Of a stretch of DNA of 21,102 bases, positions 1 to 7,109 are shown piece by piece. The notes beneath the pieces were generated by a model that saw only the letters and a program-made list of their open reading frames with translations, was not told the DNA's origin and made no database searches. The DNA is from Candidatus Methylomirabilales bacterium. Its GTDB lineage: Bacteria > Methylomirabilota > Methylomirabilia > Methylomirabilales > CSP1-5. The stretch covers positions 1 through 21,102 of the forward strand of contig JBHIAH010000045.1 of NCBI GenBank assembly GCA_046758505.1, in the 5' to 3' direction. The translations under genes were made by a program, and so were the position numbers. Positions within the stretch are counted from its first letter, which is position 1. Every line of letters begins with the position of its first letter.

Positions 1-2
1 GG

Positions 3-527
3 CTTGTTCCAGTGGAAGAGCACAGCCCTGTCATCCATGTGAACTGGTATGAAGCCGAGGCGTATTGCAATTGGGGAGGTAGACGGCTTCCTACTGAGGC
101 GGAGTGGGAAATGGCAGCCGGTGCAGAACCCGCCCCCGGCGCCAAAGGTATTACAGAGCGTAAACGACGGTATCCTTGGGGAGATGAACCACCTTCGCCC
201 GACCGCGCTAACTTGGATTCTCGCTTTCTGGGGTGTGTTGACGTCGGAGCATTTCCATCTGGAGATAGCGCTTTTGGTTGTCGCCAGATGATAGGGAATG
301 TTTGGGAGTGGACAGCTTCAGCCTTTTACCCCTATCCAGGATTTATTGTGGATTCGCCGTATAAGGAATATTCGGCGCCATGGTTTGGCTATCGCAAGGT
401 GCTGAAAGGGGGAGCGTGGGCCACGCGCTCTCGACTCGCTTGCAATACGTATCGGAATTTTTTTCAACCTTACCGGCGCGATATATTTGGCGGCTTTCGC
501 ACCTGCGCCCGCCAACGGGTGATATGA
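3..527 (+). CDS. C-terminal part of an EgtB/SenA-family sulfoxide/selenoxide synthase (FGE-sulfatase domain); 5' truncated by the window edge
   Basis: Frame is open from position 3. FGE motifs PVIHVNWYEAEAYCNWGGRRLPTEAEWE and GNVWEWT are present. The tail FYPYPGF..PYKEYSAPWFG.RKVLKGGAWAT..YRNFF.P.RRDIFGGFRTC is typical of EgtB/SenA. The N-terminal DinB-like domain needed to separate EgtB from SenA is outside the window. Confidence 0.8.
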   Translation, partial: LVPVEEHSPVIHVNWYEAEAYCNWGGRRLPTEAEWEMAAGAEPAPGAKGITERKRRYPWGDEPPSPDRANLDSRFLGCVDVGAFPSGDSAFGCRQMIGNVWEWTASAFYPYPGFIVDSPYKEYSAPWFGYRKVLKGGAWATRSRLACNTYRNFFQPYRRDIFGGFRTCARQRVI

Positions 528-745
528 CCAGGGGCCAAAATGACGGCGGCGAGGAGATCGGAGCGGTGGAGTCTGGGGTTGTCCCCTATCTCCTTTTCGT
601 GTGGGTCAACAGCAATGCGCCCACGGCCGATGGGAGATCCGTGGACTAGATGAATCCGGAGTCGAAATCAGCAGTGCCAGCCCGTCGCTCGTGATCGAGC
701 GGCCCCCTCCCCGACGGCTTTAGCAAAAATGGGCCAAATGACTTA

Positions 746-774
746 TTGACCAGATTCGTCCTGCGGCCTAGCGT
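746..774 (+). promoter_or_regulatory. Putative sigma70 promoter for the moaD-oxidoreductase operon
   Basis: TTGACC (746-751), a 17-nt spacer, then TAGCGT (769-774), about 30 nt before the ATG at 806. Confidence 0.5.
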
Positions 775-805
775 GAGGGAAAGTTTCTCCCATACTTAGA
801 AGAAG

Positions 806-1120
806 ATGACTATCCGGGTCTCGTTCATGGGGGTGATGAGGACAGTGACCCGCGAGACAGATGTCGGACTGTCTGCCGCGCCTGGCGTCACGCTCCGCGA
901 AGTCCTTGACAGCCTGGAGAGGCGGTACGGACCAGAATTCGGCCGTCGGGTGTTCCGCTCGCAGGTACCGCCCCGCCCCCTGCAGATGCACACCCGGATT
1001 TTCGTCAACGGGAACCTGACGGACGAGGAAAAGCTGGATGAGCCCCTGCCGGTTGACGGCGGCGAGGCCGGGTGCCCAGAGGTCTTGATCTACCTCATGC
1101 CAGCTGCAACGGGTGGATGA
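806..1120 (+). CDS. MoaD/ThiS-family ubiquitin-like sulfur carrier protein
   Basis: 104 aa. Beta-grasp pattern (IRVSFMG..R, TLREVLDSL..RYG, IFVNG) and a C-terminal di-glycine (MPAATGG). Confidence 0.88.
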   Translation: MTIRVSFMGVMRTVTRETDVGLSAAPGVTLREVLDSLERRYGPEFGRRVFRSQVPPRPLQMHTRIFVNGNLTDEEKLDEPLPVDGGEAGCPEVLIYLMPAATGG

Positions 1121-1131
1121 CAGGAGGAGCC

Positions 1132-3714
1132 ATGCGTGGTCAGGCAAACAATGCTCGTGAGATTCGGGAAGATCGGTGGATTCCGTCCGCCTGCAGCATC
1201 TGTTACGGCGGCTGCTCGGTCCGGGTCCACCGGGTCAACGGCACCGTGGTGAAAATCGAGGGAAATCCGGAGAGCCCCGTGGGGAACGGCCGGATCTGTG
1301 CGAAGGGCCTGAGCGGCATTATGGTCCTTTACGATCCGAACCGGCTCAATGTCCCGCTCCGGCGCACCAACCCTGTGAAAGGAGTCGGGGTGGACCCAGG
1401 ATGGAGGCCGATCAGCTGGGACGAGGCGCTCGAGGAAATCGCGGTCCGCCTGGAGAAGATCCGGGCAGAGGATCCCCGCCAGCTCTCGCTCCAAGTGACG
1501 ACTACCCTGGCGCCCTCATCGCTCTTCTTCTTCACCTTTGGATGGGCCTTTGGCACCCCCAATATGTGGGTGGCCGGGGGCGGAATCCACTGCGGCAACG
1601 GGGCCCACTCGGTGGGCGGCATCATGCACGGCTCGTGGTCCCTCGTTCCAGACTTCAAGCAGTGTAACTACGCCATCTACTTCGGCGCCTCGAAGGGCCA
1701 CTCCGCGGGACATGCCTCCACGCCGAACATGGAACTGGCCGCCGACGCCCGGGCCCGGGGGATGCGCTTGGTCGTAGTCGATCCCATGTGCAACTTCGCC
1801 GCGGCCAAGGCTAACGAATGGGTGCCGATCCGGGTCGGGACTGACGCCGCCCTCGCCATGGCCATGGTCAACTGCCTGCTGAATGAGTTCGGGATCTACG
1901 ACGCGGAATACCTGAAGGCGAAGACCAACGGCTCCTACCTGGTCCGGCCTGACGGCACCCACGCCCGGGAACCCGAGTCCGGGAAGCCCCTCGTCTGGGA
2001 CTCGGCGACCGGCTCTACGAAGACCTACGATGACCCGACGGTGAAGGACCCGGCCCTGCTCGGCGAGTGCGAGGTGGCGGGAGAGCTCTGCCGGCCGGCG
2101 TTCGAGCTCCTGAAGGAGCACGTGCGCCGCTATACGCCCGAGCGGGCGGAAGGGATCACGGGAGTGCGGACGCCTGTGGTCCGGCGGCTGGCCCGCGAGT
2201 TCGGGGAGGCCGCGCGCGTGGGGAGCACCATCGTCCTCGACGGTGTCCGGCTTCCGTACCGGCCCGCGGCGGCCATCTACTTCCGCGGAGCCCAGGGGCA
2301 CAAGAATTCCTCCCACAACTGTTTCGCGGTAGACCTGTTGAATCAGGTAGTCGGCGCCGCTGATGTGGTGGGTGGCGCGCTCGGTTTCAACCCCGTGTGC
2401 TACGGCCACCCGGAGACCGGCCGTCCCCGCTACGCGCCCCGGGCCGACCGGGACGGCCTGCTGACCCCCGGGACGTGGATGCTGCCGCACCTGCCGTACC
2501 CGCCTGCGGAGCCCCGGCACCCGGACTCGATGGGGTTCATCGAGCTCTTCCCCCTCTCCCACGTCTCGCCTCTGATGGCCTCGGCCGACCAGGAGGAGTG
2601 GTGGCAACGGTTCGAGCTCCCGTACCGCCCGAAGATGCTGCTGAATTACGGCGCCAACTCCCTGATGAGCGTCGGCAACAAGGAGACGGTGGCCGCCAGC
2701 CTGGCGAAGTTTGACTTCGTCGTCTCTTTCGACCTGTTTCTCAACGAGACGTCCGACTTCGCTGACATCATCCTGCCCGACGGCAGCTATCTGGAGGTGT
2801 TAGACCCGCGACCGAACTTCCCTTTCATCTTCAACCATCCGGCCGGACCGGGGCAGTGGGGGTGGCCGATCCGCCAGCCAGTGGTCCCGCTGACCCAGGA
2901 GCGCCGGAGCGCCCGGGAGGTGCTGCTGGACCTCGCCGGGCGTCTGGGGCTCCGGCCCGAGATGAACATGGCGCTGAACGTCTTCTATGGCCTCGATGGC
3001 GCGTATCTGCTTGACCCGAAGCGGGCGTACACCTTTGAGGAGATCGCCGACCGGGAGCTCCAGCACAAGTTCGGCCCCGAACGAGGGCTCTCGTGGTTTA
3101 AGGAGCACGGCGTCATCACCTGGCCCAAGCGGGTGGAGGAGGTCTATTGGCGGCCGTTCCTGGACGTGCGCGTGCCGATCTACTGGGAGTTCATGATCGA
3201 GCTGGGCCGGAAGATCCGGGAGATCGCCGGCTCCCGCGGGATGACGTTCGACCCAGCCTACTATAGCCCGCTGCCCGAGTGGCTGCCCTGTCCGACCCAC
3301 ACGGTGGAGGATCCCCGCTATGATCTATTCGCCTTCTACTACCGGGACGTCCTCCACACCAACGCCTTCACCATGCAGAACCCGTGGCTGGACGAGGCCT
3401 CACAGATGGACCCGTATACGTACAGGATCTCCCTCAATACGACGACGGCTCGCCGGCGTGGCATCGCCGATGGGGATCGGATCCGCGTGGAGTCCTCCGC
3501 GGGCCGGCGGGTCAGCGGACGCGCCAAGCTGACAGAGGGGATCCACCCCGAAGGGGTTGGCATCAGCGCCTGCGCCGGGCACTGGACCCGCCACCAGCCC
3601 ATCGCTCAGGGGAAGGGGGTGTTCTTCAACGACCTCCTAGAGGTGGACTACAAGCACACCAGCCCGGTGAACCTGAACCTGGATCTTTGCGCCAAGGTAC
3701 GGGTCTTCAAATGA
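1132..3714 (+). CDS. Molybdopterin (bis-PGD) oxidoreductase catalytic subunit, DMSO reductase family, no export signal; PadB/PsrA-related, substrate unknown
   Basis: AGGAGGAG RBS before ATG 1132, so the track start at 1072 is probably too long. N-terminal [4Fe-4S] motif CSICYGGC...CAKG. Also LYDPNRLNVPLRRTNP.KG...DPGW..ISWDEA, ETSDFADIILPD and a C-terminal MGD-binding domain. No twin-arginine signal. Confidence 0.9.
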   Translation: MRGQANNAREIREDRWIPSACSICYGGCSVRVHRVNGTVVKIEGNPESPVGNGRICAKGLSGIMVLYDPNRLNVPLRRTNPVKGVGVDPGWRPISWDEALEEIAVRLEKIRAEDPRQLSLQVTTTLAPSSLFFFTFGWAFGTPNMWVAGGGIHCGNGAHSVGGIMHGSWSLVPDFKQCNYAIYFGASKGHSAGHASTPNMELAADARARGMRLVVVDPMCNFAAAKANEWVPIRVGTDAALAMAMVNCLLNEFGIYDAEYLKAKTNGSYLVRPDGTHAREPESGKPLVWDSATGSTKTYDDPTVKDPALLGECEVAGELCRPAFELLKEHVRRYTPERAEGITGVRTPVVRRLAREFGEAARVGSTIVLDGVRLPYRPAAAIYFRGAQGHKNSSHNCFAVDLLNQVVGAADVVGGALGFNPVCYGHPETGRPRYAPRADRDGLLTPGTWMLPHLPYPPAEPRHPDSMGFIELFPLSHVSPLMASADQEEWWQRFELPYRPKMLLNYGANSLMSVGNKETVAASLAKFDFVVSFDLFLNETSDFADIILPDGSYLEVLDPRPNFPFIFNHPAGPGQWGWPIRQPVVPLTQERRSAREVLLDLAGRLGLRPEMNMALNVFYGLDGAYLLDPKRAYTFEEIADRELQHKFGPERGLSWFKEHGVITWPKRVEEVYWRPFLDVRVPIYWEFMIELGRKIREIAGSRGMTFDPAYYSPLPEWLPCPTHTVEDPRYDLFAFYYRDVLHTNAFTMQNPWLDEASQMDPYTYRISLNTTTARRRGIADGDRIRVESSAGRRVSGRAKLTEGIHPEGVGISACAGHWTRHQPIAQGKGVFFNDLLEVDYKHTSPVNLNLDLCAKVRVFK

Positions 3715-4316
3715 GATATGGAATGGTGATCGACCTCAAGCGGTGCTTTGGCTGCTATAGCTGCCAGGTCAGCTGTAAGGCGGAGTACGCGACTCCCCCC
3801 GGCGTCTTCTTCGCCCGGGTGGTCAAGCGCGAGAGCGGGACCTATCCGAACGTGAGGAAGATTTTTCAGCCCATGCTCTGCATGCACTGCGAGATCCCGC
3901 CGTGCGAGGAGGTTTGCCCGACCGGAGCGACATTCAAGCGTCCCGACGGTATTGTTGAGATCGACCATGACATCTGCGCGGGCTGCCGCTACTGCATCCA
4001 GGCCTGCCCCTACGAGGCCCGGTATTACCATGCCAAAGAGCGCTTCTATTTCGGCCGGCAGGGCCCGACCGAGTACGAGGCTCGGGGCTACCAGCAGCAT
4101 CAGACGGGCGTCGTCATGAAGTGCAACTTCTGCGTCCACCGTCTTGAGCGGGGAGAGCTGCCCAGCTGCGTCGTGACGTGCCCGGCTAACGCGCGGACGT
4201 TTGGTGATCTGGACGACCCCAACAGCGAGGTCAACCGGCTCATTAAGGATCGTGGCGGGGCACCGCTCCACCCCGAACTCGGGACTGCTCCGTCGGTGTA
4301 CTACCTGCCGGCGTAG
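3711..4316 (+). CDS. 4Fe-4S dicluster electron-transfer subunit (DmsB/NrfC/PsrB type)
   Basis: ATG 3711 overlaps the upstream stop (ATGA). Four cluster motifs: CFGCYSCQVSC, CMHCEIPPCEEVCP, CAGCRYCIQACP, CNFC...CVVTCP. Ends GTAPSVYY. Confidence 0.95.
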   Translation: MRYGMVIDLKRCFGCYSCQVSCKAEYATPPGVFFARVVKRESGTYPNVRKIFQPMLCMHCEIPPCEEVCPTGATFKRPDGIVEIDHDICAGCRYCIQACPYEARYYHAKERFYFGRQGPTEYEARGYQQHQTGVVMKCNFCVHRLERGELPSCVVTCPANARTFGDLDDPNSEVNRLIKDRGGAPLHPELGTAPSVYYLPA

Positions 4317-4331
4317 ACGGGGAGGCCGCCC

Positions 4332-5234
4332 ATGAAACTGCTTACAGACCCGTTCGACGTCCTCCTCCAGGACTTTCAGGAGACCGCCCGTCCCCAGCGG
4401 GAGTGGGTGGACCGGCGGGGGATCCTGCTTATCAGCGGCCACTTCCTGTCCGGGGTAGGCGCCGGAGGATGGGTCTTTTCCAGCATCCTCGACTTTCTGC
4501 CAGGTGAGGTGGCCAGCATCTGCCTCGTGGCGCTGAGCGGACTCGCTCATCTCCTCTTCCTCGGTCGGCCGAAGCGCTTCTGGCGGATGGTCCGGGTGCA
4601 GTCGTCGTGGGTGAGCCGCGGGTTCATGGGGATGACCCTTTTCCTGCTGGCGGCGACGGCCTATCTGGTCCTCACGCTGAGCGGAGATGGCGCTCTCGGG
4701 ATGCCCGGTCGGATACTCTGGATCCTCTCCCTGATCGGGGCGGGCGTGATCATGCTTTACAAGGGCAACGTCTACGCGGTGTGCCGGGCGATCCCGTTCT
4801 GGAACTCCCCTCTCCTGCCCGTCCTCTACGTCGCCTATGCGATCCGGGGGGGCGTGGCGCTGCTCATGCTCTTCCTGCCTTGGGATGGGGTGCGCGTCCA
4901 TCTCGGACTCCTCGAGATACTCGAGCTGTGGGTTGGCGTGTCGGTTGGGATGTGCATCCTCTTCTACCTGACGATCATGGCGGGCTCGTCCCTCGACGGG
5001 CGTCGCTCGGTAGACGACCTCCTGCGCGGACGGGTCGCCACCTTCTTCTACGTCGGCGTGGTCCTGGCTGGATTTGTGGTGCCGGTCGTCATCGGGGTCT
5101 GGAACGTCATCACGCCTGTGTCGCTGGGAATGCTCGCCCTGGTGGGAGCCTTCTCACTGGTGGGTGACTTCTACGTGAAGCTCTCGATCGCCAAGGCGGG
5201 GCGGTATATCCCGCCCGTGGCTCTCGCGCGATGA
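4332..5234 (+). CDS. NrfD/PsrC/DmsC-family membrane anchor (quinone-interacting) subunit
   Basis: GGGAGG RBS. 300 aa with about 8 hydrophobic segments. Motifs PQREW, LGRPKRFWR..SSWVSRG, RAIPFWNSPLLP. Lies directly after the Fe-S subunit. Confidence 0.9.
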   Translation: MKLLTDPFDVLLQDFQETARPQREWVDRRGILLISGHFLSGVGAGGWVFSSILDFLPGEVASICLVALSGLAHLLFLGRPKRFWRMVRVQSSWVSRGFMGMTLFLLAATAYLVLTLSGDGALGMPGRILWILSLIGAGVIMLYKGNVYAVCRAIPFWNSPLLPVLYVAYAIRGGVALLMLFLPWDGVRVHLGLLEILELWVGVSVGMCILFYLTIMAGSSLDGRRSVDDLLRGRVATFFYVGVVLAGFVVPVVIGVWNVITPVSLGMLALVGAFSLVGDFYVKLSIAKAGRYIPPVALAR

Positions 5235-6022
5235 CGGAGAGCACCTTGGACGGTTTACAGGGGCACGGGGGGGACTCGCCTCCGACGAAGCAGGCGGGGG
5301 TCATGTTTAGTCGAAAACTCCCGCTCTGGTATCAGCTCGCCCAGATCCTGCGGGCGGGGATCTTGGGGGGGCAGTTCCCTCCGGCCTCCCGGGTTGCTCC
5401 CGAGGTGCGGTTGGCACGGCAGTATCGAGTCAGCGTCGTGACAGTCCGTCAGGCCCTGAAGTCACTGGAGGAGGAAGGGCTCATTTCCCGTCAGCGCGGC
5501 CGAGGCACCTTCGTGAACCCCGAATGCCCTCCCCGGAAGGAGCTCAAGCTGATGGGCACCGTGGAGACAGTGATTGCGCAGCAGTTCAGCGAGGAAACCA
5601 TTGTGCTGGAGCAGAGCCTCATCTCTGTCCCTCCGCATCTCGCTCCTCTTTTTGGGGCTGAGCGCGAGGTGAGTTTTTTCCGGCGGCTCCGCCAGGAGCA
5701 GGGAGCCCCCCTGAGCTATGCCCTCAACTACGTCGTTCCCCAGTACGGGCACCAGATTCCGGTAGGGGCCCTCCGGCGCTATCCGATGCTGAAGATCCTG
5801 CGGGACGTCATCGGGGTCAAGCTCAAGGAGGTCCAGATCTCAGTGGAAGCCCAGGTCGTGCCCCCGGAGGTTGCGAAGCCGCTGGAGGTGGACCTGCTCA
5901 GCCCGATCCTCTTCTTCTCCGGTATTGTGTACGATCAGCGCCAGCGGGTCGTCGACCTGGATTGCATTTACTACCGGGCGGACCGCTTCAAATTCACGCT
6001 AGATCTCGAAGTGAGCCGGTGA
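5231..6022 (+). CDS. GntR-family transcriptional regulator, HutC/UTRA subfamily
   Basis: ATGA overlap with the nrfD-like stop (alternative start ATG 5303). wHTH PLWYQLAQILR..I..G.FPP..R.APE..LA.QY.VS..TVRQAL..LEEEGLI.RQRGRGTFV. UTRA C-terminus ending YRADRFKF. Confidence 0.92.
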   Translation: MTESTLDGLQGHGGDSPPTKQAGVMFSRKLPLWYQLAQILRAGILGGQFPPASRVAPEVRLARQYRVSVVTVRQALKSLEEEGLISRQRGRGTFVNPECPPRKELKLMGTVETVIAQQFSEETIVLEQSLISVPPHLAPLFGAEREVSFFRRLRQEQGAPLSYALNYVVPQYGHQIPVGALRRYPMLKILRDVIGVKLKEVQISVEAQVVPPEVAKPLEVDLLSPILFFSGIVYDQRQRVVDLDCIYYRADRFKFTLDLEVSR

Positions 6023-6165
6023 GGGGGCGCCACGACGCTCGCGACCATTCAGGTTTCGGCGCCTGGTCCGTGACTTGAGGGGCCCAGCGCACTTTTTTCG
6101 AGGACAACAAGGTGTTGCATGGAATGGAGATCATGGCCACGCACGTGCTCTTGGCCTCCCGGTAG

Positions 6166-6990
6166 ATGTCCTGCGGCGCTCGACGCAACCTGGAGGCGAA
6201 CGGGCTCACGCTGGCGCTGTTCGAGTGGGGGCGGGCGGAGGCCCCGCCCCTCCTCTTACTGCACTCGCTTGCAGCTCATAGCCATTGGTGGGACTGGGCC
6301 GCGTCACTCTGGGCAGGCCGGCGACGCGTAATTGCGCTCGACTTCCGGGGCCACGGTGCCAGCGCTCACGCGGTTCCCGCCGTGTACGCGTTTGACGACT
6401 ACGCCGCCGACACGCTGGCGGCGCTCGACGCTCTCGGCCTCGCCCATCCGGTGGTCGTGGGGCACTCCATGGGCGCGTATGTTGCTGCCTACGTGGCCTC
6501 CCTCCACCCAGAGCGCGTCCGGGCACTGGTCATCGCCGATATGCTGACGGGGTGGACCCCGGAGCAGGCAGAGGGGGCGAAACGCCAGGCCGCTCGCCCG
6601 GCACCCCAGTTCGCGAACTGGGCGGAAGCGAGAGATCGCTTCAAGTTCCAGCCGCCGGCAACCCGCGCCCCCGGCGACCGCATCCGGCACCTGGCCGAGG
6701 CGAGTGTCCAGCAGACGGCGCCGGGCGTGTGGCAGCTTGCTTTCGACCGGTCGGTGTTTCTGCACCCGCCGGTCAATCCCTGGCCGTTCCTCCCCGCCGT
6801 CGTGTGCCCCACGCTGGTGATTCACGGGGAGGGAAGCACCATCATGGACCGGCGGGCCGCTGAGCGCGTGGCGGCTGCGGTCGGGCGCGGGAGCGTGGTC
6901 ACCCTTACGGGAACCTTCCATCACCTCATGCTGGACGACCCGGCCGGCTTTGTCGCGGTTGTTGACGGGTGGTTGACCGCTGCTCACTAA
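6166..6990 (+). CDS. Alpha/beta-fold hydrolase
   Basis: LLLLHS oxyanion motif, DFRGHGAS, nucleophile elbow GHSMG, PTLVIHGE.S and catalytic His region FHHLMLDDP. Confidence 0.92.
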   Translation: MSCGARRNLEANGLTLALFEWGRAEAPPLLLLHSLAAHSHWWDWAASLWAGRRRVIALDFRGHGASAHAVPAVYAFDDYAADTLAALDALGLAHPVVVGHSMGAYVAAYVASLHPERVRALVIADMLTGWTPEQAEGAKRQAARPAPQFANWAEARDRFKFQPPATRAPGDRIRHLAEASVQQTAPGVWQLAFDRSVFLHPPVNPWPFLPAVVCPTLVIHGEGSTIMDRRAAERVAAAVGRGSVVTLTGTFHHLMLDDPAGFVAVVDGWLTAAH

Positions 6991-7047
6991 CCAGGTCCGC
7001 GGGCTGGAAGGCACATGAGAGATCGAGTGCCTCACTGCATAAGTTAT

Positions 7048-7056
7048 TGGTATGAT
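7048..7056 (+). promoter_or_regulatory. Putative extended -10 promoter for the two-component system
   Basis: TG-G-TATGAT in an AT-rich patch about 55 nt upstream of ATG 7110. No convincing -35. Confidence 0.4.
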
Positions 7057-7109
7057 TGAACGGGACGGGTTGAGCGAGGTCGCAACGTCTTTGCGAGTCA
7101 CCCCATTCG

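Noticed and set aside
524..649. 41-aa ORF overlapping the egtB/senA-like stop (ATGA)
   Set aside because: No recognisable motif or supporting signal, so it cannot be told apart from chance.
769..779. 11-mer TAGCGTGAGGG shared with 10226-10236
   Set aside because: A single short match is plausible by chance, and it is partly explained by a -10-like hexamer.
3384..3710. N-terminal extensions given by the track (starts at 1072, 3384, 9365, 17928)
   Set aside because: They overlap upstream genes. Internal starts with an RBS or stop/start overlap (1132, 3711, 9497, 18033) match the family N-termini.
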